Assembly (NCBI GenBank): GCA_963813535.1
Contig: CAWEZH010000002.1
Location: 1,344,001 to 1,408,000 of the forward strand
Direction: 5' to 3'
From: an uncultured Chloroflexia bacterium
GTDB lineage: Bacteria > Chloroflexota > Limnocylindria > Limnocylindrales > CSP1-4
Length of the DNA stretch: 64,000 nt
Shown: piece by piece, positions 1 to 9,578 of the stretch
How positions within the stretch are numbered: the first letter of the stretch is position 1
Layout of the letters: each line of letters opens with the position of its first letter
Translations under genes and position numbers: made by a program
The notes under the pieces: generated by a model
Told to the model about the DNA's origin: nothing
Databases searched by the model: none
Seen by the model: the letters and a program-made list of their open reading frames with translations, nothing else

Positions 1-191
1 CCCTCCAGCCCGCCGACCAGCTCGCCGACCTCGGCATCGGTCAACAACCCGGCCCGCCCCAGGGCGTGGACATGGGCGATCGATCCCGCGATGTCGTCGA
101 CCGCGAGCTCACGGTCGAGATCGACCGAACGGGTGAAATCGGCCACTCGTCGGTCGTTCTCTTCCGAGAACCGGCCACCCCACAGGCGCAT
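1..191 (-). CDS. argH: Argininosuccinate lyase, 5' part (runs off window start)
   Basis: Manual translation MRLWGGRFSEENDRRVADFTRSVDLDRELAVDDIAGSIAHV matches the ArgH N-terminal LWGGRF motif; AAGGAGG RBS upstream; absent from the ORF track because it is truncated. Confidence 0.85.
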   Translation of the reverse strand, partial: MRLWGGRFSEENDRRVADFTRSVDLDRELAVDDIAGSIAHVHALGRAGLLTDAEVGELVGGLE

Positions 192-225
192 GCACCCCTC
201 CTTGGCGTCCCGTCATGCTAGCGGC

Positions 226-1866
226 ATGACCCACCCCACTCCCTGGTGGCGCGACGCCGTGGTGTACCAGCTGTACATCCGCAGCTTCGCCGACGGGGAC
301 GGCGACGGCATCGGCGACATCGCCGGCATGCGCGCCCGGCTTCCCTACCTGAGCGATCTCGGCGTCGATGCGATCTGGATCAACCCCTGGTTTCCGTCGC
401 CGATGATCGACGGCGGCTATGACGTGGTCGACTACCGCGATGTCGACCCGCTGTTCGGCACGCTCGACGATGCCGTGGAGTTCATCGACGACACGCACCG
501 GCACGGCATCAAGGTCCTGCTCGACATCGTGCCCAACCACACGTCGGACCAGCACCCATGGTTCCAGGCCGCGCTCGCCGCCGGCCCGGGCAGTCGTGAG
601 CGCGACCGCTACGTGTTCCGCGACGGCAAGGGCCGCGCCGGCAGCCGGCCACCGACCGACTGGCCGAGCGTGTTCGGCGGGCCGGCGTGGACGCGCATCA
701 CCGAGCCGGACGGGCGCCCAGGGCAGTGGTATCTGCACCTGTTCGCCCCCGAGCAGCCCGACCTCGACTGGACGGCGCCGGAGGTCGCTGCGGAATTCGA
801 ATCGATCCTGCGCTTCTGGTACGAGCGAGGTGCCGACGGGTTCCGCATCGATGTCGCGCACGGCCTGGTGAAGGACCCGGCGTTCCCCGACCTGCGCGGT
901 CGGTCGCCGAAGTCGGCGACCAAGCCCGGGCCGTACTGGGACCAGGACGGCGTGCACGATGTCTACCGGCGCTGGCGGGCCGTGGCCGATGCGTACGGCG
1001 ACCGCCCGTTCGTCGCGGAGGTGTTCGTGTCGACGCCCGACCGGCTGGCGCGCTACGTGCGCCCCGACGAGCTGCACACGGCCTTCGACTTCCGCTTCCT
1101 CCAAGCCGGCTGGGACGCGACCGCGCTGCGGTCGGCGATCGACGACAGCCTCCACGTCCTCGGGCCGGTGGGTGCGCCGGCGACGTGGGTCCTGTCGAAC
1201 CATGACCAGGTCAGACACGTGACGCGACTCGGTCGCCCCGCTTCGCGGGGGAGCGGGGCGGTCGGAGCTGCCGGCGCCGGTGTCGCGACGCCGGACACGC
1301 CCGATCTGCAGCTGGGACGGCGTCGGGCACGTGCCGCGCTGCTCCTGATGCTGGCGCTCCCCGGTTGCGTCTACCTGTACCAGGGGGAGGAGCTCGGTCT
1401 CGAGGAGGTCGATGACCTGCCCGAGGACCTGCTCCAGGACCCGACGTGGCTGCGTTCCGGGCATACGATCCGGGGCCGCGACGGTTGTCGTGTGCCGCTG
1501 CCCTGGTCCGGGGCCGCGCCGCCATTCGGCTTCGGCCCGGCTGGTTCGACGCCGTGGCTGCCCCAGCCGGCGAGCTGGCGCGAGCGGACGGTCGCGACCC
1601 AGACAGGCGACCCCGGATCGTTCCTCGAGCTGTATCGGACCGCGCTGCGGCTGCGCCACCAGCACCTCGGTTTCCGGGGGACCGGGATGGCCTGGCTGGC
1701 CGCGCCAGCGTCCGTGCTCCGATTCGATCGGCCGGGTGGGCTCGAGTCGATCGTCAACCTCGGCACGACGCCGATCGAGCTGCCGGCCGGCCGGCCAGTC
1801 CTCCTGGCAAGCGGCCCGGTCGCCGACGGGGCCTTGCCCCCGGATACCGCCGTCTGGCTGGTGTGA
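226..1866 (+). CDS. Alpha-glucosidase, GH13 family
   Basis: WWRDAVVYQLYIRSFADGDGDGIGD, DIVPNHTSD, GFRIDVAH, SNHD, YQGEELG and RDGCRVPLPW motifs; start trimmed to ATG 226. Confidence 0.9.
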   Translation: MTHPTPWWRDAVVYQLYIRSFADGDGDGIGDIAGMRARLPYLSDLGVDAIWINPWFPSPMIDGGYDVVDYRDVDPLFGTLDDAVEFIDDTHRHGIKVLLDIVPNHTSDQHPWFQAALAAGPGSRERDRYVFRDGKGRAGSRPPTDWPSVFGGPAWTRITEPDGRPGQWYLHLFAPEQPDLDWTAPEVAAEFESILRFWYERGADGFRIDVAHGLVKDPAFPDLRGRSPKSATKPGPYWDQDGVHDVYRRWRAVADAYGDRPFVAEVFVSTPDRLARYVRPDELHTAFDFRFLQAGWDATALRSAIDDSLHVLGPVGAPATWVLSNHDQVRHVTRLGRPASRGSGAVGAAGAGVATPDTPDLQLGRRRARAALLLMLALPGCVYLYQGEELGLEEVDDLPEDLLQDPTWLRSGHTIRGRDGCRVPLPWSGAAPPFGFGPAGSTPWLPQPASWRERTVATQTGDPGSFLELYRTALRLRHQHLGFRGTGMAWLAAPASVLRFDRPGGLESIVNLGTTPIELPAGRPVLLASGPVADGALPPDTAVWLV

Positions 1867-1910
1867 GTCCCGGACGCTGACGCGCCCGACGCGCGGTCTG
1901 CGGCCCCGTT

Positions 1911-3002
1911 CTACCCGCTCGCGGGAACCGACACGGTCGGCACGCGCGCGGCGAGGGCTGCTCGCAGACGCTCGGCGGCGTCCTCCGGCGTGATGTCCCG
2001 CTGGGTCTCGGCCAGCAGTTCGTAGCCGACCATGAACTTGCGCAGGCCCGCATTCAAGAGCGGCGGGTAGAAGTGTGCGTGGAGCTGCCAGGCCTCCTGG
2101 AGCGCGACGTCCTCCGCACCGAACGGCGCCTGGTGCCAGCCCATGGAATACGGGAAGGGTCGGCGATGGAGTCCGTCGTAGGCACCGAGCACGTGCTGCA
2201 GGGCGACGACGAGATCGTCCCTCCCGGGCACATCGACCGCGGTCAGACGGGCGGCGGGACGCTTCGGGATGACCAGGACCTCGAATGGCCAGGTCGCCCA
2301 GAACGGCACGACCGACAGCCAGTCCTTCGACTCGTGGACGACCCGCGGCCCGCCGGATTCCTGGGCGACGTAATCGAGCAGCAGTCGGCGACCGGTGGCG
2401 ACCAGGTGCGCCTGCTGCGTCGCGGCTTCGCGAGCGGCCATCACGGGCAGGGCAGTCCCGGCCCAGATCTGCCCGTGTGGATGCGGGTTCGATGCGCCCA
2501 TCGCAGAGCCACGGTTCTCGAAGACCTGTACCCAGCGGTAGCGAGTCGCCAGTTCGTCGGTCTGCTCGGCCCACAGGTCGACGACGCTGCGAACGTCGGC
2601 GGCCGGCATGGCCGCAAGGGTCAGGTCGTGGCGCGGCGAGAAGCACACGACGCGACACTCACCGCGCTCGCCCTCGGCACGCAGGAGGCCATCGGCAAAC
2701 CTGGCCGTCGAGGTCTCGCCGCGCAGTGCGCTGAAGTCGTTCACGAACACGAAGGTCGATCCGTACGCCGGGTTCACGTCGCCGTTGGCACGCGTGTTGC
2801 CCGGACACAGGTAGCACGCCGGCTCGTACGCTCGACGTTCGACGGTGGCGTCCGTCTCCTCGGCGCCGAGCCAGGGCCGGCGGGTCCGGCCCGATGACAC
2901 GAGGACCCATTCGTCGTGGAGCGGGTTGTACCGACGGTGCGGATCCTGGGCGAGCTCCTCGGGAAAGACCCCGTCCGTCGGCGGAACGTCAGCTGGCCGC
3001 AT
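1911..3002 (-). CDS. galT: Galactose-1-phosphate uridylyltransferase
   Basis: HRRYNPL, CYLCPGN, FENRGSAMGASNPHPHGQ (HPH catalytic motif), KFMVGYELLAE; start placed at ATG 3002, overlapping the DeoR gene end. Confidence 0.92.
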   Translation of the reverse strand: MRPADVPPTDGVFPEELAQDPHRRYNPLHDEWVLVSSGRTRRPWLGAEETDATVERRAYEPACYLCPGNTRANGDVNPAYGSTFVFVNDFSALRGETSTARFADGLLRAEGERGECRVVCFSPRHDLTLAAMPAADVRSVVDLWAEQTDELATRYRWVQVFENRGSAMGASNPHPHGQIWAGTALPVMAAREAATQQAHLVATGRRLLLDYVAQESGGPRVVHESKDWLSVVPFWATWPFEVLVIPKRPAARLTAVDVPGRDDLVVALQHVLGAYDGLHRRPFPYSMGWHQAPFGAEDVALQEAWQLHAHFYPPLLNAGLRKFMVGYELLAETQRDITPEDAAERLRAALAARVPTVSVPASG

Positions 3003-3795
3003 CGACCGGCGCGTCTTCGGAGACCGGGTCCACCACGACCAGCCGGCGCACTTCACGCTGGAGCACCGCGCGCGCGTCGGGCTGGAGGCCCCCGTCGGTG
3101 ACGAGGACGTCGGCCTGATCCAGCCGCGCGATCGAGCTGATCCCGATGACGCCCCACTTGGTGTGGTCGGCGACGACGACCAGGTGGCGGGCGGCTTCGA
3201 TGAGCGCGCGGTCGGTCTCGGCTTCGGACAGGTTGGGGCAGGTGAAGCCGGAGTGTGGATCCATGCCATGCACCCCGACGAAGACGAGATCGACGTGGAC
3301 GGTCCGCAACGCGGCCACGGCGAACGGACCGACCAGTGCCTCCGATCGCGTTCGCACCCCGCCCGTCAGGATGATGGTCTGATCGGCACGCCCGCCGTGA
3401 TGGAGCACGTCGGTCACGCGGATCGAGTTCGTGACCACCGTGATCCTCGGGATATCGACCAGCCGCTGGGCTAACGCGTATGTGGTGGTCCCGGCCGACA
3501 GGGCGATCGCCATGCCCGGCTCGACAAGGCCGGCCGCCGAGACAGCGATCGCATCCTTTTCTGACTGCTGGAGGCTGGACTTCGTGGCGAATGTCGGCTC
3601 GAACAGGGCACTGCCCTCGACCGACGTCGCACCACCGTGCACCTTCTCGACGAGGCCACGATCATCGAGGATCTCGAGATCGCGCCGCACGGTCATGTCG
3701 GAGACACCCAGCTCGCGCACGAGATCGGCGACGCGGACGGCGCCGTCCTCCCGCACGCGCTCGAGGATCCTCGCCTGGCGCTGTCGCGCCAGCAT
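2989..3795 (-). CDS. DeoR/GlpR-family transcriptional regulator
   Basis: N-terminal HTH (VSDMTVRRDL...VHGGA) plus sugar-binding domain (AGTTT, TNS, ADHTKW). Confidence 0.92.
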   Translation of the reverse strand: MLARQRQARILERVREDGAVRVADLVRELGVSDMTVRRDLEILDDRGLVEKVHGGATSVEGSALFEPTFATKSSLQQSEKDAIAVSAAGLVEPGMAIALSAGTTTYALAQRLVDIPRITVVTNSIRVTDVLHHGGRADQTIILTGGVRTRSEALVGPFAVAALRTVHVDLVFVGVHGMDPHSGFTCPNLSEAETDRALIEAARHLVVVADHTKWGVIGISSIARLDQADVLVTDGGLQPDARAVLQREVRRLVVVDPVSEDAPVDAAS

Positions 3796-3938
3796 CACAC
3801 GGTTCTCGTCGGACCCCACACTCGGTCGCTCCGTACTGGGCCTGTACCTTGATCGGCTCTACACATCAGATTGCCGTGGATTCGAACGAAAGTCAACGTA
3901 ACACAAGGTATCACCAACCTCCGGTTGTCCGATAACGG

Positions 3939-3968
3939 TTGACATCGCGTCGTTAACGGGACCACAAT
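3939..3968 (+). promoter_or_regulatory. Sigma70-type promoter for the sugar ABC operon
   Basis: TTGACA (3939-3944), 18 bp spacer, CACAAT (3963-3968); GGAGGAG RBS before ATG 4017. Confidence 0.6.
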
Positions 3969-4016
3969 CTGGCGGAACCTGTTGGAATCTGTCGCAGGTC
4001 ATGTGGAGGAGCATCC

Positions 4017-5372
4017 ATGGCAGACCCAGTCGACCCGCGTCACCGATCGATCAGGTCGCTCGCCGGGCTCTCTGCGATCGCGGTCCTGGTATTCGCCTGC
4101 ACATCGTCGGGCGGCGCCACCACGGCCCCCAGCGCGGCACCGTCGAGTGGAGCGTCCGGTGCGGTCAGTGAGGCGCCGAGCACCGCGGCGTTGGGCGAGA
4201 CGACGCTCGGCTCGAACGAGAGCGACGAATCCCCGAAGGCCGCCGTCCAGGCGATCGTCGACTTCTGCGAGGGGTCGACCGGCGCCACCGTCAAGGTCAA
4301 CGTCAACGACCACAACACGTTCCAGAACCAGATCAGCTCGTACCTGCAGGGAACGCCGGACGACGTCGTCAAGTGGTTCGCCGGGAACCGCGTCCGGTTC
4401 TTCGCCGCGCAGGGCCTCCTGTCGCCCATCGACGACGTCTGGGCGGAGATCGAAGCGAACATGACGCCGGGCCTGAAGGCCGCGTCCCTGGGCACCGATG
4501 GGAAGGCCTATTTCGTGCCCGTCTACAACTACCCGTGGGTCGTGCTCTACCGCAAGAGCGTCTTCGAGGAGAAGGGCTACACGATCCCCAAGACGATCGA
4601 CGAATTCAAGGCGCTTGGCGACAAGATGAAGTCCGATGGCCTCGTGCCGCTCGCCTTCGGCGACCAGGACGGCTGGCCGGCGATGGGCACCTTCGACATC
4701 CTGAACATGCGCCTCAACGGCTACCAGTTCCACGTCGGTCTCATGGACGGGACGGAGAAGTGGAGCGACCCGAAGGTCAAGGCCGTGTTCGAGTACTGGC
4801 GAGACCTGCTGCCCTACTTCCAGGAGGGCGCTCCGGGTCGGACCTGGCAGGATGCCGCGAAGGCCGCCCTCGTCGATTCGACGGCCGGGATGTACTTCCT
4901 GGGCACGTTCGCGGTCGAGCAGGCCGGTGAGAACGGCGCCGACGTCGGCTTCTTCCCCTTCCCGTTGCTCGGGACCGAGTTCGACGGGGAGAACGCGATC
5001 GACGCGCCGATCGACGGCTTCATGCTCAGCGCGAACCCGAAGAACCCCGATGCGGCCAAGGCATTCCTCAAGTGCGTCGGCTCGCCGGAAGCCCAGGTCG
5101 CCTACGTGACCAGCCAGGGCATCGGCAGCGTGGCTGTCTCGCCGACGGCCGACACCAGCGCCTACACCGACGTCCAGAAGGCGTCGGCTGAGGTCCTCAA
5201 GTCTGCCGGCAACATCGCCCAGTTCCTCGACCGCGACGCGCGGGCCGACTTCGCCGGTCCGTCCGGGATGCAGGGCTTCCTGCTCAGCTTCCTGAACGAT
5301 CCGGACCAGGACCTCGACAAGTTCCTCGGTGAGATCCAGGCTTACTACGACACGCTGCCTCCGCAGCAGTAA
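4017..5372 (+). CDS. Carbohydrate ABC transporter substrate-binding lipoprotein
   Basis: Lipobox LVFAC, Ser/Ala/Pro linker, SBP_bac_1-like sequence; followed by two permeases. Confidence 0.9.
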   Translation: MADPVDPRHRSIRSLAGLSAIAVLVFACTSSGGATTAPSAAPSSGASGAVSEAPSTAALGETTLGSNESDESPKAAVQAIVDFCEGSTGATVKVNVNDHNTFQNQISSYLQGTPDDVVKWFAGNRVRFFAAQGLLSPIDDVWAEIEANMTPGLKAASLGTDGKAYFVPVYNYPWVVLYRKSVFEEKGYTIPKTIDEFKALGDKMKSDGLVPLAFGDQDGWPAMGTFDILNMRLNGYQFHVGLMDGTEKWSDPKVKAVFEYWRDLLPYFQEGAPGRTWQDAAKAALVDSTAGMYFLGTFAVEQAGENGADVGFFPFPLLGTEFDGENAIDAPIDGFMLSANPKNPDAAKAFLKCVGSPEAQVAYVTSQGIGSVAVSPTADTSAYTDVQKASAEVLKSAGNIAQFLDRDARADFAGPSGMQGFLLSFLNDPDQDLDKFLGEIQAYYDTLPPQQ

Positions 5373-5393
5373 CCACACGAAGGCACCGCCAAC

Positions 5394-6374
5394 GTGCAAG
5401 AACCGATCACCCGATCGGCGACCGTCATCCCGTCGGCCCAGGTCGGCGGGATGACCACATCACGTCGCGGACGGCGGCAGCGGCGCTTCAATCCCCTCTC
5501 GCGCAGTGATCGGCTGACCCTCGCGGTCATGGTCGCGATCCCGACCCTGCTCGTCGTCGTGTTCGTCATCATCCCGACGATCGCCTCGGTCGTCCTCTCG
5601 TTCACGAGCTGGAACGGGATCGGCGGCCTGGACGCCATCAAGTTCATCGGGCTGAAGAACTACACCGACCTCGTCACCATCTACAAGCCGTTCTGGCCGG
5701 CGATCGCGCACAACGTCATCTGGCTGGTCTTCTTCCTCGTCATCGCCACGCCGCTCGGGATGTTCCTCGCCGTCCTCCTCGACAAGAACATCCGCGGAAC
5801 CCGCATCTACCAGAGCGCCATCTACATGCCGGTCGTGCTGTCGCTGGCGATCGTGGGCTTCATCTGGCAGCTCATCTACGCGCCGGAGCAGGGCCTGCTC
5901 AACAACCTGCTCGGACGCACCGCGCAGGGCAACCAGATCTCCTGGCTCGGCGACCCCGACATCAACCTGTGGGCCGTGCTGATCGCCGCGAGCTGGCGCC
6001 AGGTCGGCTACGTGATGATCCTCTACCTGGCCGGTCTCAAGGCCGTCGACCCGGCGCTGCGAGAGGCCGCCGCGATCGACGGAGCCAGTGAACGCCAGAC
6101 CTTCTTCCGCGTCGTCTTCCCGGTGATGCGCCCCATCAACATCGTGATCCTGGTGATCACCGTCATCGAGTCGCTCCGAGCGTTCGACCTTGCGTTCATC
6201 GTCAACAAGGGCCTCAACGGCCTCGAGCTCCTGTCGACGCTGGTGACCAACAACATCATCGGCGAGACCAGCCGGATCGGCTTCGGATCGGCGATCGCCG
6301 TCGTCCTCCTTGTCGTCTCTGTCGGGCCGATCATCGTGTTCCTGGCCCGCGCCCTTCGGGGGGAGTCCGCGTGA
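5394..6374 (+). CDS. Carbohydrate ABC transporter permease (MalF/UgpA type)
   Basis: About 6 TM segments; EAA motif REAAAIDGA. Confidence 0.9.
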   Translation: MQEPITRSATVIPSAQVGGMTTSRRGRRQRRFNPLSRSDRLTLAVMVAIPTLLVVVFVIIPTIASVVLSFTSWNGIGGLDAIKFIGLKNYTDLVTIYKPFWPAIAHNVIWLVFFLVIATPLGMFLAVLLDKNIRGTRIYQSAIYMPVVLSLAIVGFIWQLIYAPEQGLLNNLLGRTAQGNQISWLGDPDINLWAVLIAASWRQVGYVMILYLAGLKAVDPALREAAAIDGASERQTFFRVVFPVMRPINIVILVITVIESLRAFDLAFIVNKGLNGLELLSTLVTNNIIGETSRIGFGSAIAVVLLVVSVGPIIVFLARALRGESA

Positions 6375-7285
6375 CCGAGATCGCGGCCACGGCCCGCGTC
6401 GAGACGTACGACGGGACGGCCACCCGCCGTCGCAAGCGACTGCGTCGGGCGGGGCTCCACGTGTTCCTCATCGTCGTGAGCCTGATCTGGCTGGCGCCGC
6501 TCGCGTGGGCCATCTACACGTCGTTGCGACCGTACGAGGAGACGAGTCGCCTGGGGTACGTGTCCTTCGGTGGCGAGTACAACCTCGATAACTACATCGA
6601 CTCGTGGACCAAGGGCGAGATCTTCAAGTACTTCATCAATACGGCGATCATCCTGGTCCCGGCCGTCCTGCTGGTGCTCCTGCTGGCCTCGATGATGGCG
6701 TTCGCCGTGTCGCGTTACAGCTGGCGGTTCAACCTCGCCCTGCTGATGCTGTTCACCGCGGCGAACCTGCTCCCGCCGCAGGTCATCATCACGCCGCTCT
6801 TCCGGATGTTCCTGGTCCTCCCGCTGCCGCCGATCCTGAGCGGCAACGGCGTCTTCTACGACCAGTACTTCGGGATCATGGTGATCCATGTCGCCTTCCA
6901 GCTCGGGTTCTGCACGTTCGTCCTGAGCAACTACATGAAGACCCTGCCGCGCGAGCTGAACGAAGCGGCGATCGTCGACGGGGCGGGTGTCTGGCGGACG
7001 TTCTGGAGCGTCATCCTGCCCCTCACGCGACCGGCCATCGCGGCCCTCGCGACGCTGCAGGTGACCTGGATCTACAACGACTTCTTCTGGGCATTGATCC
7101 TGATGTTCACCGGCGACAAGCGCCCGATCACGTCGGCGCTGAACCAGCTGAAGGGCCAGTTCTTCACGGACAACAACCTGGTCGCGGCGGGCGCGTTGTT
7201 GGTCGCCCTGCCGACGCTCGTCGTGTTCTTCGTGCTCCAGAAGCAATTCGTCCGCGGACTCACCCTCGGCTCGACCAAGGGCTGA
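6371..7285 (+). CDS. Carbohydrate ABC transporter permease (MalG/UgpE type)
   Basis: EAAIVDGA motif, YNDFFW, C-terminal QKQFVRGLTLGSTKG. Confidence 0.9.
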   Translation: MTEIAATARVETYDGTATRRRKRLRRAGLHVFLIVVSLIWLAPLAWAIYTSLRPYEETSRLGYVSFGGEYNLDNYIDSWTKGEIFKYFINTAIILVPAVLLVLLLASMMAFAVSRYSWRFNLALLMLFTAANLLPPQVIITPLFRMFLVLPLPPILSGNGVFYDQYFGIMVIHVAFQLGFCTFVLSNYMKTLPRELNEAAIVDGAGVWRTFWSVILPLTRPAIAALATLQVTWIYNDFFWALILMFTGDKRPITSALNQLKGQFFTDNNLVAAGALLVALPTLVVFFVLQKQFVRGLTLGSTKG

Positions 7286-7309
7286 TCGGGGCGTCCTCCT
7301 CCCGCCCCG

Positions 7310-7338
7310 CTGGGGCCGGCCTTCATGGTCGGCCCCAG
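7310..7338. terminator. GC-rich hairpin between convergent genes
   Basis: CTGGGGCCGGCC-TTCAT-GGTCGGCCCCAG inverted repeat between the permease stop and the alpha-galactosidase stop. Confidence 0.6.
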
Positions 7339-7352
7339 TCCGTTCCCTCGAG

Positions 7353-9578
7353 TCAGGTCCGCTCGAGGACGAACAGGCGGGACCAGAAGTCCCCGAGTCG
7401 GGCAGCGAGGTGACGCTCGGCGTGGAGGTCGAGCCCGACGGCCATGAGCTCGGCGCCCGTCCGGACCCCGAGATTGGGTCGGACGATCGGATCGTCCGGG
7501 CGCTCGGGCCATGCCGTCACCCTGTACTCGGCACCCGCATCGAGCCCGCGCAATCGCAGTCGGGCCGCCTCCGGCGTCGGCCGATTGAGGGTCGCATAGA
7601 CACCGACGAGGGCGACTCCGCCGTCCATGGCCACCGACATCCACGAGACGCGATCGCGACGACCATCGGCGAACGGGCTCAGCAGCCGATGGAAGCGGCC
7701 ATGTTGCAGGGTCGCGCGATGCGCCCGGTAGAAGGCGACCTGGTCGCGCACCTGAGCCTGCTCGACGGCTGTGAGCGTCGTCGGATCCAGCTCGTAGCCG
7801 AGGACGCCGAAGAAGGCGACCGCGGCGCGCGTCTCAAGGGGCGTGACGCGTCCCGTCTGGTGGTTGGGCACCGCGGAGACGTGGGCGCCCATCGAGCTCG
7901 GCGGATAGACCAGCGACGTCCCCCACTGGATCGCCAGCCGCTCGATGGCGTCGGTGTCGTCACTGGTCCAGGTCTGGGGCGCGAAGGCCAGCATCCCGGG
8001 GTCGAACCGACCGCCGCCGCTCGCGCACGACTCGAACAGGATCTCCGGGAAGCGTGTCGTCAGGCGCTCGTACAGGTCGTACACGCCAAGGATGTAGCGG
8101 TGGAAGAACTCGCCCTGACGGTCTGCCGGGAGTGTCGACCCGTATGGCTCCGTGATGCTCCGGTTCATGTCCCACTTGACGTAGCTCACGGGTGCGCTCG
8201 CGAGGACACTGCCGAGCGACTCGGCGAGGTGGTCGACCACATCGGGCCGGGTCATGTCGAGGACGAGCTGCTGCCGGCTCTCCGTCCGCGGGCGACCGGG
8301 GATGCCGATCGCCCAGTCCGGGTGCGCCCGGTACAGATCGCTGTCCACGCTGACCATCTCCGGTTCGATCCAGATCCCGAACCCCATGCCGAGCTCGGCG
8401 ATCCGCCGGCCGAGCCCATCCAGTCCGTCGGGCAGCTTTCGCAGATCCGGGACCCAGTCGCCCAGCGAGCTGTCGTCGGCGTCGCGGTGCCCGAACCAAC
8501 CATCGTCGAGCACGAACAGCTCGATCCCCAGGTCGCGAGCGGCTCGCGCGATCTCGACGAGGCGGTCGGCGTCGAAGTCGAAGTACGTGCCCTCCCAGTT
8601 GTTGAGCAGGACCGGCCGCGGTCGATCCCGCCAGGTGCCGCGAGCCAGCCTGGACCGGTACAGGTCATGGAAGGCCTGGCTCATCCCGTTGAGGCCCTGG
8701 TCCGTCCAGACGACCACCGCCTCCGGCGTGGTGAACGCCTCGCCCGGCTCCAGCCGCCAGGCGAACGTCTCGGGCTCGATCCCCAGTCGGATCCTGGTCG
8801 TCCCGAACGCCTCGACCTCAGCCTCGGCCAGGAAGTTGCCGGAGTACACGAGGCTGCAGCCGATCGCCTCGCCGACTGCCTCGTCCGTTGACGTCCGCCG
8901 GAGGGCCAGGAACGGGTTGTGCTCGGCGCCGGATGCCCCGCGCCGGCTCGACAGCGCGACGCGGCCAGGCTGGAGGGTCCCCTCGACGACGTGTGCCTCC
9001 CGCGCCCAGGCGCCGCTCAACGAGACGGCCACCCAGTCGTGGTCGGGCAGGTCGAGCGAGAGGCTCATCGCCGTGCGGAGGACGATCGGGTCGCGCGTGG
9101 CACGCAGCGTGGCGCTCCGGGCGACGATCGGGAGATCGGCGAACAGCGTGAACCGGAGATCGACCGTCAGCCCCGTGTGCTCGTCCACGAGCTCGACCGT
9201 AAGCGTGTCCGCCTCCTCATCGGATTCGACATAGGTCGACGGCAATGGGGCGATCGATGGCTTGCCCGGCGCGATCGCGTGGCCCGCGTACCGGAGCACT
9301 GCCGTCCCCGATCCATCGGGGCCGCTGGCGACGAGCGCGGGCACTCGGAGGTCACCGGTGCCGGATGTCGGGTAGACGAACGGGATCGGATCGCCGACCC
9401 GATTCCCGAAGCCCTCGAACGGGTCCGGTCCGAGGTGCCGGTATGACCGGCCCGGCGCGAGCGGCGCACCGAGATGAAGACCGCCCAGGGAGCCGTCCTC
9501 GTAGACCCGGAGGATCATGCTGACGCGGTCGTTGTGCAGGTGGAACTGACGATCGTCGGGCCGCCACTCGATCGTCAT
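7353..9578 (-). CDS. Alpha-galactosidase, GH36
   Basis: LLNNWEGTYF, FVLDDGWFG, IWIEPEMV, YVKWDMNR, ESCASGGGRFD, WTSDDTD; ATGA overlap with the upstream GH2 gene. Confidence 0.93.
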   Translation of the reverse strand: MTIEWRPDDRQFHLHNDRVSMILRVYEDGSLGGLHLGAPLAPGRSYRHLGPDPFEGFGNRVGDPIPFVYPTSGTGDLRVPALVASGPDGSGTAVLRYAGHAIAPGKPSIAPLPSTYVESDEEADTLTVELVDEHTGLTVDLRFTLFADLPIVARSATLRATRDPIVLRTAMSLSLDLPDHDWVAVSLSGAWAREAHVVEGTLQPGRVALSSRRGASGAEHNPFLALRRTSTDEAVGEAIGCSLVYSGNFLAEAEVEAFGTTRIRLGIEPETFAWRLEPGEAFTTPEAVVVWTDQGLNGMSQAFHDLYRSRLARGTWRDRPRPVLLNNWEGTYFDFDADRLVEIARAARDLGIELFVLDDGWFGHRDADDSSLGDWVPDLRKLPDGLDGLGRRIAELGMGFGIWIEPEMVSVDSDLYRAHPDWAIGIPGRPRTESRQQLVLDMTRPDVVDHLAESLGSVLASAPVSYVKWDMNRSITEPYGSTLPADRQGEFFHRYILGVYDLYERLTTRFPEILFESCASGGGRFDPGMLAFAPQTWTSDDTDAIERLAIQWGTSLVYPPSSMGAHVSAVPNHQTGRVTPLETRAAVAFFGVLGYELDPTTLTAVEQAQVRDQVAFYRAHRATLQHGRFHRLLSPFADGRRDRVSWMSVAMDGGVALVGVYATLNRPTPEAARLRLRGLDAGAEYRVTAWPERPDDPIVRPNLGVRTGAELMAVGLDLHAERHLAARLGDFWSRLFVLERT

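Noticed and set aside
109-2658. 849-aa minus-strand ORF and similar long shadow ORFs (39707-41854, 41701-44211, 33650-35197)
   Set aside because: Antisense or off-frame shadows of well-supported genes in high-GC DNA; Arg/Pro-rich with no motifs
1911-3269. Apparent N-terminally extended GalT or DeoR-GalT fusion
   Set aside because: The extension overlaps the DeoR gene in another frame; these are two separate overlapping genes
4017-7285. Sugar ABC transporter lacking an ATPase; gal locus lacking galK and galE
   Set aside because: Shared MsiK-type ATPases and dispersed gal genes are common
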